44,539 nt of DNA from assembly GCA_032718475.1 (NCBI GenBank), contig JAUCBJ010002773.1, positions 1 through 44,539 of the forward strand, written 5' to 3'. Below are positions 12,084 to 24,396 of the stretch, piece after piece. This DNA is from Nemertoderma westbladi. Lineage: Eukaryota; Animalia; Xenacoelomorpha. The position numbers and the translations under genes were made by a program. The notes under the pieces are model-generated. The model did not search any database. It saw only the letters and a program-made list of their open reading frames with translations, and was not told the DNA's origin. The stretch's first letter is position 1. Every line of letters begins with the position of its first letter.

Positions 12084-15000
12084 TTGACCAGCCACAATGG
12101 CCCACGCCACGTCCAGCCACGCTCCCTTGGTCAGCCACAATCTGGAACCCAACGCCCCCTTGGTCAGTCACAATCTGGAACCCTAACACTCCCTTGGTCA
12201 GCCACAATCTGGAACCCAACGCTCCCTTGGTCAGCCACAATCTGGAACCCTAAGACTCCCTTGGTCAGCCACAATCTGGAACCCAACTCTCCCTTGGCCA
12301 GCCACAATGTGGAACCCAACGCTCCCTTGGTCAGCCACAATATGTAACCCAACGCTCGCTCCCTTGGTCAGCCACAATCTGGAACCCCACGCTCCCTTGG
12401 TCAGCCACAATCTGAAACCCCACGCTCCCTTGGTCAGCCACAATCTGGAACCCAACGCTCCCTTGGTCAGCCACAATATGGAACCCAACGCCCACTTGGT
12501 CAGCCTCAATCTGGAACCAAATGCTCCCTTGGTCAGCCACAATCTGGAACCCAACGCTCCCTTGGTCAGCCACAATCTGGAACCCAACGCTCCCTTGGTC
12601 AGCCACAATCTGGAACCCAACGCTCCCTTGGTCAGCCACAATCTGGAACCCAACACTCCCTTGGTCAGCCACAATCTGGAACCCAACGCTCCCTTGGTCA
12701 GCCACAATCTGGAACCCCAAACACTCCCTTGGTCAGCCACAATATGGAACCCCAAACACTCCCTTGGTCAGCCACAATCTGGAACCCAACGCTCCCTTGG
12801 TCAGCCACAATCCGGAACCCAACGCTCCCTTGGTCAGCCACAATATGGAACCCCAAACACTCCCTTGGTCAGCCACAATCTGGAACCCAACGCTCCCTTG
12901 GTCAGCCACAATCTGGAACCCAACACTCCCTTGGTCAGCCACAATCTGGAACCCAACGCTCCCTTGGTCAGCCACAATCTGGAACCCAACTCTCCTTTGG
13001 CCAGCCACAACCTGGAACCCAACGCTCCCTTGGTCAGCCACAATCTGGAACCCAACTCTCCCTTGGCCAGCCACAACCTGGAACCCAACGCTCCCTTGGT
13101 CAGCCACAATCTGGAACCCAACGCTCCCTTGGTCAGCCACAATCTGGAACCCAACGCTCCCTTTGTCAGCCACAATCTGGAACCCAACGCTCCCTTGGTC
13201 AGCCACAATCTGGAACCCAACGTTCCCTTTGTCAGCCACAATCTGGAACCCCACGCTCCCTTGGTCAGCCACAATCTGGAACCACACGCTCCCTTGGTCA
13301 GCCACAATCTGGAACCCAACGCCCCCTTGGTCAGCCACAATCTGGAACCCAACGCTCCCTTGGTCAGCCACAATCTGAAACCCAACGCTCGCTCCCTTGC
13401 TCAGCCACAATCTGGAACCCAACGTTCCCTTGCTCAGCCACAATCTGGAACCCAACGCTCCCTTGGTCAGCCACAATCTGGAACCCAACGCTCGCTCCCT
13501 TGCTCAGCCACAATCTGGAACCCAACGTTCCCTTGGTCAGCCACAATCTGGAACCCAACTCTCCCTTGGCCAGCCACAATCTGGAACCCAACGCTCGCTC
13601 CCTTGCTCAGCCACAATCTGGAACCCAACGTTCCCTTGGTCAGCCACAATCTGGAACCCAACGTTCCCTTTGTCAGCCACAATCTGGAACCCCACGCTCC
13701 CTTGGTCAGCCACAATCTGGAACCACACGCTCCCTTGGTCAGCCACAATCTGGAACCCAACGCCCCCTTGGTCAGCCACAATCTGGAACCCAACGCTCCC
13801 TTGGTCAGCCACAATCTGAAACCCAACGCTCGCTCCCTTGCTCAGCCACAATCTGGAACCCAACGTTCCCTTGCTCAGCCACAATCTGGAACCCAACGCT
13901 CCCTTGGTCAGCCACAATCTGGAACCCAACGCTCGCTCCCTTGCTCAGCCACAATCTGGAACCCAACGTTCCCTTGGTCAGCCACAATCTGGAACCCAAC
14001 TCTCCCTTGGCCAGCCACAATCTGGAACCCAACGCTCGCTCCCTTGCTCAGCCACAATCTGGAACCCAACGTTCCCTTGCTCAGCCACAATCTGGAACCC
14101 AACGCTCCCTTGGTCAGCCACAATCTGGAACCCAACGCTCGCTCCCTTGCTCAGCCACAATCTGGAACCCAACGTTCCCTTGGTCAGCCACAATCTGGAA
14201 CCCAACGCCCCCTTGGTGAGCCACAATCTGGAACCCAACGCTCCCTTGGTCAGCCACAATCTGGAACCCAACGCTCGCTCCCTTGCTCAGCCACAATCTG
14301 GAACCCAACGCTCCCTTGGTCAGCCACAATCTGGAACCCAACTCTCCCTTGGCCAGCCACAATCTGGAACCCAACGCTCGCTCCCTTGCTCAGCCACAAT
14401 ATGTAACCCAACGCTCGCTCCCTTGCTCAGCCACAATCTGGAACCCAACGCTCCCTTGGTCAGCCACAATCTGGAACCCCACGCTCCCATGGTCAGCCAC
14501 AATATGTAACCCAACGCTCGCTCCCTTGCTCAGCCACAATCTGGAACCCAACGCTCCCTTGGTCAGCCACAATCTGGAACCCCACGCTCCCATGGTCAGC
14601 CACAATCTGGAACCCAACGCCCCCTTGGTCAGCCACAATCTGGAACCCAACGCTCCCTTGGTCAGCCACAATCTAGAACCCAACGCTCCCTTGGTCAGCC
14701 ACAATCTGGAACCCAACGCTCCCTTGGTCAGCCACAATCTGGAACCCCACGCTCCCATGGTCAGCCACAATCTGGAACCCAACGCCCCCTTGGTCAGCCA
14801 CAATCTGGAACCCAACGCTCCCTTGGTCAGCCACAATCTGGAACCCAACGCTCCCTTGGTCAGCCACAATCTGGAACCCCACGCTCCCATGGTCAGCCAC
14901 AATCTGGAACCCCACGCTCCCATGGTCAGCCACAATCTGGAACCCAACGCCCCCTTGGTCAGCCACAATCTGGAACCCAACGCTCCCTTGGTCAGCCACA

Positions 15001-18000
15001 ATATGGAACCCAACGCTCGCTCCCTTGGTCAGCCACAATCTGGAACCCAACGCTCCCTTGGTCAGCCACAATCTGGAACCCAACGCTCCCTTGGTCAGCC
15101 ACAATATGGAACCCAACGCTCGCTCCCTTGGTCAGCCACAATCTGGAACCCAACGCCCCCTTGGTCAGCCACAATCTGGAACCCAACGCTCCCTTGGTCA
15201 GCCACAATCTGGAACCCAACGCTCCCTTGGTCAGCCACAATCTGGAACCCAACGCTCCCTTGGTCAGCCACAATCTGGAACCCAACGCCCCCTTGGTCAG
15301 CCACAATCTGGAACCCAACGCTTCCTTGGTCAGCCACAATCTGGAACCCAATGCTCCCTTGGTCAGCCACAATATGGAACCCAACGCTCGCTCCCTTGGT
15401 CAGCCACAATCTGGAACCCAACGCTCCCTTGGTCAGCCACAATCTGGAACCCAACGCTCCCTTGGTCAGCCACAATCTGGAACCCAACGCTACCTTGGTC
15501 AGCCACAATCTGGAACCCAACGCCCCCTTGGTCAGCCACAATCTGGAACCCAACGCTCCCTTGGTCAGCCACAATCTGGAACCCAATGCTCCCTTGGTCA
15601 GCCACAATCTGGAACCCAACGCTCCCTTGGTCAGCCACAATCTGGAACCCAACGCTCCCTTGGTCAGCCACAATCTGGAACCCAACGCTCCCTTGGTCAG
15701 CCACACTCTGAAACCCCACGCTCCCTTGGTCAGCCACAATCTGGAACCCAACTCTCCCTTGGCCAGCCACAATCTGGAACCCAACGCTCGCTCCCTTGCT
15801 CAGCCACAATCTGGAACCCAACGCTCCCTTGGTCAGCCACAATCTGGAACCCCACGCTCCCATGGTCAGCCACAATCTGGAACCCAACGCCCCCTTGGTC
15901 AGCCACAATCTGGAACCCAACGCTCCCTTGGTCAGCCACAATCTGGAACCCAACGCTCCCTTGGTCAGCCACAATCTGGAACCCAACGCTCGCTCCCTTG
16001 CTCAGCCACAATCTGGAACCCAACGTTCCCTTTGTCAGCCACAATCTGGAACCCCACGCTCCCATGGTCAGCCACAATCTGGAACCCAACGCCCCCTTGG
16101 TCAGCCACAATCTGGAACCCAACGCTCGCTCCCTTGCTCAGCCACAATCTGGAACCCAACGTTCCCTTTGTCAGCCACAATCTGGAACCCAACGCTCGCT
16201 CCCTTGCTCAGCCACAATCTGGAACCCAACGTTCCCTTTGTCAGCCACAATCTGGAACCCCACGCTCCCATGGTCAGCCACAATCTGGAACCCAACGCCC
16301 CCTTGGTCAGCCACAATCTGGAACCCAACGCTCCCTTGGTCAGCCACAATCTGGAACCCAACGCTCGCTCCCTTGCTCAGCCACAATCTGGAACCCAACG
16401 TTCCCTTTGTCAGCCACAATCTGGAACCCCACGCTCCCTTGGTCAGCCACAATCTGGAACCCCACGCTCCCATGGTCAGCCACAATCTGGAACCCAACGC
16501 TCCCTTGGTCTGCCACAATCTGAAACCCAACGCTCCCTTGGTCAGCCACAATATGGAACCCAATGCTCCCGTGATCAGCCACAATCTGGAACCCAACGCC
16601 CCCTTGGTCAGCCACAATCTGGAACCCAACGCTCCCTTGGTCAGCCACAATCTGAAACCCCACGCTCCCTTGGTCAGCCACAATCTGGAACCCCAACGCC
16701 CACTTGGTCAGCCTCAATCTGGAACCCAATGCTCCCTTGGTCAGCCACAATCTGGAACCCAATGCTCCCTTGGTCAGCCACAATATGGAACCCCGAACAC
16801 TCCCTTGGTCAGCCACAATCTGGAACCCAACGCTCCCTTGGTCAGCCACAATCTGGAACCCAACGCTCCCTTGGTCAGCCACAATCTGGAACCCAATTCT
16901 CCCTTGGTCAGCCACAATCTGGAACCCAACGCTCCCTTGGTCAGCCACAATCTGGAACCCAACGCTCCCTTGGTCAGCCACAATCTGGAACCCAACGCTC
17001 CCTTGGTCAGCCACAATCTGGAACCCAATGCTCCCTTAGTCAGCCACAATCTGGAACCCAATGCTCCCTTTGTCAGCCACAATCTGGAACCCAGCGCTCC
17101 CTTGGTCAGCCTTTATCTGGAACCCAACGCTCCCTTGGTCAGCCACAATATGGAACCCAATGCTCCCGTGATCAGCCACAATCTGGAACCCAACGCTCCC
17201 TTGGTCAGCCTTTATCTAGAACCCAACGCCCCCTTGGTCAGCCACAATCTGGAACCCAATGCTCCCTTGGTCAGCCACAATCTGGAACCCAACGCTCCCT
17301 TGGTCAGCCACAATCTGGAACCCAACGCTCCCTTGGTCAGCCACAATCTGGAACCCAACGCTCCCTTGGTCAGCCACAATCTGGAACCCAATGCTCCCTT
17401 AGTCAGCCACAATCTGGAACCCAATGCTCCCTTGGTCAGCCACAATCTGGAACCCAACGCTCCCTTGGTCAGCCACAATCTGGAACCCAATGCTCCCTTA
17501 GTCAGCCACAATCTGGAACCCAATGCTCCCTTAGTCAGCCACAATCTGGAACCCAATGCTCCCTTAGTCAGCCACAATCTGGAACCCAATGCTCCCTTTG
17601 TCAGCCACAATCTGGAACCCAATTCTCCCTTGGTCAGCCACAATCTGGAACCCAACGCTCCCTTGGTCAGCCACAATCTGGAACCCAACGCTCCCTTGGT
17701 CAGCCACAATCTGGAACCCAACGCTCCCTTGGTCAGCCACAATCTGGAACCCAACGCTCCCTTGGTCAGCCACAATCTGGAACCCAATGCTCCCTTAGTC
17801 AGCCACAATCTGGAACCCAATGCTCCCTTTGTCAGCCACAATCTGGAACCCAACGCTCCCTTGGTCAGCCTTTATCTGGAACCCAACGCTCCCTTGGTCA
17901 GCCACAATATGGAACCCAATGCTCCCGTGATCAGCCACAATCTGGAACCCAACGCTCCCTTGGTCAGCCTTTATCTAGAACCCAACGCCCCCTTGGTCAG

Positions 18001-18750
18001 CCACAATCTGGAACCCAACGCTCCCTTGGTCAGCCTTTATCTGGAACCCAACGCTCCCTTGGTCAGCCACAATATGGAACCCAATGCTCCCGTGATCACC
18101 CACAATCTGGAACCCAACGCTCCCTTGGTCAGCCTTTATCTAGAACCCAACGCTCCCATGGTCAGCCACAATCTGGAACCCCACGCTCCCATGGTCAGCC
18201 ACAATCTGGAACCCAACGCCCCCTTGGTCAGCCACAATCTGGAACCCAACGCTCCCTTGGTCAGCCACAATATGGAATCCAACGCCCCCTTGGTCAGTCA
18301 CAATCTGGAACCCTAACACTCCCTTGGTCAGCCTTTATCTGGAACCCAACGCTCCCTTGGTCAGCCACAATCTGGAAGCCAACGCTCCCTTGGTCAGCCT
18401 TTATCTGGAACCCAACGCTCCCTTGGTCAGCCACAATATGGAACCCAATGCTCCCGTGGCCAGCCACAATCTGGAACCCAACGCTCCCTTGGTCAGCCAC
18501 AATATGGAATCCAACGCCCCCTTGGTCAGTCACAATCTGGAACCCTAACACTCCCTTGGTCAGCCACAATCTGGAACCCAACGCTCCCTTGGTCAGCCAC
18601 AATCTGGAACCACAACACTCCCTTGGTCAGCCACAATATGGAACCCAATGCTCCCGTGGTCAGCCACAATCTGGAACCACAACACTCCCTTGGTCAGCCA
18701 CAATATGGAACCCAACGCTCCCGTGGCCAGCCACAATCTGGAACCCCACC
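12084..18750 (+). repeat. 33-bp satellite B (consensus CCCAACGCTCCCTTGGTCAGCCACAATCTGGAA, ~200 units, with 34/35/37-bp variants)
   Basis: Direct reading. The 37-bp variants carry an extra CGCT. A 441-bp block duplication is shown by identical ORFs at 13364 and 13805. Confidence 0.97.
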
Positions 18751-19572
18751 CCTTTTCTTTCTCCAGCTAAAATGCCCTTTGTTCTTCTTTCCATTTCTAC
18801 ACAACATTCGTATCCATGTTGCTTAGTAACTTACTTACTATCAGCTGTGTTTCTCCCATTCTGATAGTGCGACAGCTGCCTGTAAAGTTCTCCAATATCT
18901 ACCATTGATGATGACGTGAAGTTGGGGCAGCCAAACTACCCCCCTCCCCCCCCCCACCACCATCTGTGTGTATTAAGTGTGTGAGCCTGTAGTTGCTTTC
19001 CGGTGCTGGTGCTGCAAGGAGTGGGATTATTTTATTGGATGCTGCTAGGACACTATCCCCTGGATATCGATGAATGCAGTGTACTGTAGGTAAGATGTAT
19101 CAATAAACTGGCATTGCACATAATACAGGGGGGGGGGGGGGGGGGGGGTTGTGATTGGCTATTGGTTTGTAACAAATTGTGGCTTATTCCAGCATCTGCA
19201 ACCTGGCCTCTAGCTAAGTTGGTGTAGCTCGCATTTCTGTAGTATTATTATCCCCACTTTCTTGAAGCTGAGGTATGACTTTCGCGTGGGCGGCTTACCT
19301 TTACCTATCAGTGTGTTGCATGAGAATCCCCATGGCAATATCGGTAATGAAGTAAAGCAATAATGCAGTGATTCTTGAATATTTCCACCCCATCCCCAGT
19401 ATTTCATAACAGTCAAAGGCGTCCTTTATAACAGGACGCCACGGACGCTGTGGGGCACGATGAGAAGTTGTGGGGCGAGTCGCGAAGTCATGCGAACCTT
19501 AGTATTCACCTTAGTACTGCCAAATTCCTTTTTTATCCATTTTTGTCTGTATGTCCTACTCAAGTTTGAACG

Positions 19573-20349
19573 GCTGATGACTTAGGAGTACTCTCAGAAT
19601 CATTAGAGGGAGCCCAAAGGCTCCTCAGCTCATTGGAACATGCTGCTTCTAGTGTTGGTCTTTTTATTAACTCCAGAAAGACCAAAATTCTGACAGTTAA
19701 CTTTGAAAGTCCTCAGCAAGTCTCTGATCGGATGAGCATAAGCTCAAAGGATGGTATGCTTGAGCATGTGGACGACTTCTGTTACCTGGGATCATGGATC
19801 CGGAAGTCAGGTGAGGACCTTCGAATACGTAAGGGAAAGGCATGGGCAGCCTTGAATAGGCTTTCCAGGATTTGGAAGTCACCGAGAATTAATCGGAAAC
19901 TCAAGGTCCGATTATTTAGAGCAGCAGTAGTTCCAGTACTCCTCTACGGGAGTCCATGCTGGGCTCTAACTGCTGAGGACACCAAATCTCTGGATGGCAC
20001 ATTCACAAGAATGCTACGCCGGGTTCATTGTGTCAAGTACAATGCACACATCTCCAACCAGACACTATATAACATTGGAGGTGTCTCATTGGTTCCCCCA
20101 AGCTTGACACTAGAACAAAATCGCCTCCGCTTTGCAGGACATTGCTTTCGCCTTGAGGACCAGCCAGTGCATAATCTTGTACTTTGGCAGCCTCATGGTG
20201 TGAATAAGCATGGTGGACAGCTCATGACTTTCTTGAGACGCATCTTAAAGGACACTGGCCTTAAAGATGCGGATGATCTAGCAAATGTCATGGGTGATAG
20301 GGAGTTGTGGCGATGCAATTTTGTTGACAAGCCGGCACAGCATTCTTAA
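19573..20349 (+). pseudogene. C-terminal part of RTE reverse transcriptase
   Basis: ADDLGVL...GLFINSRKTKIL...DDFCYLGS...KLKVRLFRAAVVPVLLYGS..W.LT..LDGTFTRMLR...RLRFAGHC. Confidence 0.9.
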
Positions 20350-20391
20350 AAATGCAGCTGCAATGCAGCATGCCGATCCTAGTAGTAGTAG
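19575..20391 (+). mobile_element. 5'-truncated RTE-clade non-LTR retrotransposon with (TAG)n tail and 9-bp TSD
   Basis: TSD TTGAACGGC at 19566-19574 and 20392-20400. Tail TAGTAGTAGTAG. RTE-type RT C-terminal motifs. Confidence 0.9.
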
Positions 20392-21586
20392 TTGAACGGC
20401 AATATCTCAGCAAGAGCTTGGACAAATTTGTTAAAGTTAGAATTAAGTTAAGTTAGAATGTATATCATAAGTTAGAATGTGTATCATAAGTTAGAATGCA
20501 TATAGTGAATGTACATTGACAGCCCCTCCTGGGTCCACTCAGTCTTGCATCCACTGGGGGGTCGATAATATAAGGATTAGTTGAATTACTGGAAACAAAA
20601 CTTGTGATAGAGCGGCTATAGAAGGATGAGCCTTCGGGTCGCCTCCGGCTTCGGCCGACTGTTTGCTTTCTTGGACGTTCCAGTATTGAAATGATTGTTA
20701 ATTGTTTTATTTTGTTGTATCGTAGCAACCATTGATGATTTATTTACCAACTTTTGTACTCCATTGTGTTCAATATCTGTTATATTGTAATATTGCGATT
20801 TTTTTTTACTACATTCTCGTAAAGTTCCAATTGATTTTTGTAATGGCAAAATGTTTTCCACGAAATAGAGCACATGGATGGGAAATGCAATATGGTGATT
20901 ACTTATTATCTAGGGGTACAAAAAGAGGACATTAAACTCTCTCTCTCTAGGCAAGGCAGCCGCCACTCATGTAACTTGTCAATTGTAAGAAATAAAACAT
21001 GTTTGGCTAGTCTGAGCTGACTAACAAACTAATTAGAATATTTCTCCAGGGTATCTATTATATTCTATAGATAGTCTGTAAGTAGAATTCCATTCAAGAT
21101 GGGCAGTGTACACCTTTCGTCTATGGAAACATGTCACTATTTGATTAAAGACAATGTCGCTTATACCAATACAAATATATTGTACGACTATATTTTAGTA
21201 GTCCAATAGCTGTCAGTACGATTAGATAGATATAGGGTATATTGTGCGTGGAGTGAAATGGTTTTATGGAGCCTGGATGGATTTTAAAACCCAGTATACA
21301 GACTACGTGACTTGGGCACTGGCTCAGAATATTTAATAGTTCCTCAAAATGTGAGACCGTTTTTTCGGTATTTGAAATCAACGGATCGATATTGACAAAA
21401 AATAGGTCTCATGCAAAAAAATAATATTATGATAAAACTGTAATAATTTACCATTTTTTGTACTCACATCTACTTTATGATTTGGAGAAAAACAACATTA
21501 GTTGATTAGTAGTTAAGCAAGAAAAGGTTGTTTCAAAAGAACAAAATACATATCTTTATCCGTTGCACAAGTTATCCGTTAACTTA

Positions 21587-21933
21587 GGCCCGCCGCACAC
21601 TAGAGATGCAAGATGCTCGATGCAAGATACCAGACGCAAGATGCAAAAATCGTTACCGACGTACACTAGAGATGCAAGATTCATCGTATTTTATTTTATA
21701 TATTGATAGCTTTTATGTTATTTTTTTATTTTAATGTATATTTCAAAGAATTTATCTTGCATCTTGCATCTCTAGTGTACGGCCTCCAGTAGTCTACCAT
21801 GTATTCTATAATTCGAGATGCAAAAATAGAACATCGAGGATGTCCTTTTTTGCATCTTGCATCTCTAATGTGCGTGGTCTGATAGGAAATAATGTATTCT
21901 AAAAAATTTTGCATCTTGCATCTATAGTGTGCC
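21587..21933. mobile_element. PIF/Harbinger-like MITE
   Basis: TTA on both sides (21584-21586, 21934-21936). Termini GGCCCGCCGCACACTAGAGATGCAAGATGC and GCATCTTGCATCTATAGTGTGCC (right TIR slightly deleted). Internal direct and inverted copies of ACACTAGAGATGCAAGAT. Confidence 0.75.
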
Positions 21934-22618
21934 TTAGATAGTGTCCTTAGATAACTTAACTTGGCAGTGTTTATTATGCTTTACAGTGTCTACCACTCTC
22001 AAAGATAAACAAATTCAAGATGGTTACAGAGTTGTGATTCTTAAGGTTCCGTATTATTAATTGATAAGCAAAAGTACATACAGCCCCATGTCGTCACAAT
22101 ACTGCAATAGCGCACACGACATAGAGTATAGCAATACTAAATACATATAGAAGATTACACGGTGCATGATGTGTATCATATTATTATAGATTAGAGGGAA
22201 CGACTAACTTATAATTTTTCTATGAGGCTTTCTGTTTATTGACAATCGATGTTGCCACTTTTATAAGAAAAGGCGGTTTAGGCTTATAGTGTTGAAGATA
22301 GCTGCCCTAGGAATATATGAAATCGCCAGTACCGGTAATATTGAGCCAAGAAAGGAAGCGTTCTTGGCTAGCTAGCCTTAGATAAGAGAGCCAGCATGTG
22401 TATTGTGTAGGCAGCCGGGTAATATATGGGGCACGCGCACGGCGTGTTCTGTACTGTTATCTATAGTATTGTCTATCTGTCTGTCTGTATATGCCGCTGG
22501 CCGATATGAATAATGCCAGGTGAATTTTTCATTCCTCTTTCCAAGAAAACAGCCACACGGGCCTATAAGAATTATAGTTAATTTAATAATACTTCCCGCA
22601 ACGATGTCTGACGGTTAA

Positions 22619-23022
22619 GGGGGGGGGGGGGGGGGGGGGGTAGCGCATTTTCTGACCATAAAGTCGAATTTTTGAAACATATCCTATCTGATGCAGAATT
22701 TCATGCTGAATCCAAATATGGAAACCGTTTTCCCATATCTTGCTTAGTTTTCGAGATATCATGGATAGAAGATACTGGCTGCGATATATCGCGATATCGG
22801 TAAAGGCGATGAAGTTTGGGTTTGCATTCAATTTCTGCAAATTTCTGTGCTCCGTGGTGCCAATTGGATGTCTCCACGAGAAAGAGCACAAAATTCTAGT
22901 TGAGAAGGTATTTTTTTATGATTATTGGACCTACTTTTCAGTTTATCAGACAACTTCAAGTCTCCGGAATGAAGATGGGACTCGAATAAGCGACTCGCGG
23001 TCTTTGCGGGATTACACGGAAT
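22619..23022. mobile_element. Kolobok-like foldback MITE, left portion
   Basis: TTAA at 22615-22618 followed by G-run TAGCGCATTTTCTGACC. Reverse complement of 38936-39237 apart from an 88-bp indel. Confidence 0.8.
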
Positions 23023-23293
23023 TAGATCTTTTCTACAGAAAGGATATTTGATGACACAAAAAGTAGGCGATCTAAATTTACCCTGTTAACCTGTACTATA
23101 CAGTACAGCCAATATAATTCCGGCATTATACATTGTAGTTTAAGTTTTGGCCAATGAGACTCAAGCAAATCCAATTGTCAACAACTGGAACTTATGTACT
23201 GTAACACAACACACACATGTTAACCACTGTGGTTTTAGCTGAAGGATCAGATTTTTCTTTTAGATGCTGTATATCCAAACTTTAAGATTTTTT
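23023..23293 (+). repeat. Split direct repeat A1 (271 bp)
   Basis: Apparently identical to 38169-38439. Confidence 0.95.
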
Positions 23294-23367
23294 TTTTTAT
23301 TATTAACATTGATTTTGTCTTTGTCTTAATATTACAAATATCCTGTCACACTCACCATAGTAGAAGT

Positions 23368-23984
23368 GTGATGGAAATCCCAAATAAACTGGGATCAGTT
23401 GTAATACAAGATGGTAGTGCAAAAATGGTTGTTCTAAACGACTGTAACAAGAGAATTCTTACCGAAGCTCCTATGTTTCTGGAAAACCTAGCAGTGATAG
23501 AAAGTTCAGATGAGATTATAATAGAAGGTACATCATATAAAATAAAGCGTAAAGCTGGGAACATATTGATCCTCAAACCGATAGATGTTTGTTCAACTTC
23601 ACAATCAGTAGGCCTACGACCACGGGGCAGTGAAATTGACACAAACAAACCAATAGCCGGAAATACCAGCAACACAGAATGGGAACAACTGGCAAAGGCA
23701 ATGATGAAACGTTTGGTCGGCAGTATGGCCGGCACTGATGATGGACCTCACGCCTTACCTGTGGAACAAAGCTCTGGATTGGAACTCTCAGAGACGCTCA
23801 CCGCAGATCGCCCTTTGCCAAGACAAGTTATAGCAAATTTACGCTATAGGAGGCGATTCATTGAATTGCAAGATGTTGCTAGTTATGATGACGTACAGCG
23901 GAACAAGTCAGGAGGCAAGTCAGGAAATCGCATCGCGTCCTCAGGGGGTCTGTTATCAGCCTTACTGACACTCATTAGATACAT
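23368..23984 (+). pseudogene. Putative N-terminal half of YR-retrotransposon gag, interrupted by LINE insertion
   Basis: The ORF starts just after A1 and runs into the LINE 3' tail. VIANLRYRRRFIELQDV loosely resembles the DIRS gag I...I...(F/Y)V.L motif. Position is the main evidence. Confidence 0.6.
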
Positions 23985-24396
23985 TTCATTTCATTTAATT
24001 TAATTCGGTCTTTGCCGACAATATAAAATAAAGGTGCACCGAGATACGTTCAACACAAATTGTGAGGCAAGTTACGCAAAAACTAGTAAAAACCATAATT
24101 GGTACAATTAAGGTGGTTAAAAAGAAATGGCAGAATAAGCTATGTATAGAATCTATATGAGTATGTTATATTTTCTATATGAATACATGTATGAATCTAT
24201 ATGGAGAATAGGCCATATAGATTACACGATAATCCTATTGCACGTTCGTATCAGTACTAGTTCTGTTAACGAGTGGGGTTGGGGGGGGGGGGGGGGGGGG
24301 GGTGTTGGAAACAAACATCCCGTAATACCAGCGTGCCCAGCACCACGAGGAACATAATGATACTAAGTGATAGTGCTTAGTAGGGTCGGTGTCTGT

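Noticed and set aside
12084-18864. ORFs up to 1062 aa (APLVSHNLEPN etc.) as genes
   Set aside because: All six frames are open because the monomer is stop-free. The 34/35/37-bp variants switch frames freely, so no frame is preferred.
18938-24302. Poly-G/C tracts (18938, 19127, 22619, 24281) as functional G4 elements
   Set aside because: Simple homopolymer expansions (e.g. 22 G versus 8 C in the paired MITE arm), and lengths may be sequencing-dependent.
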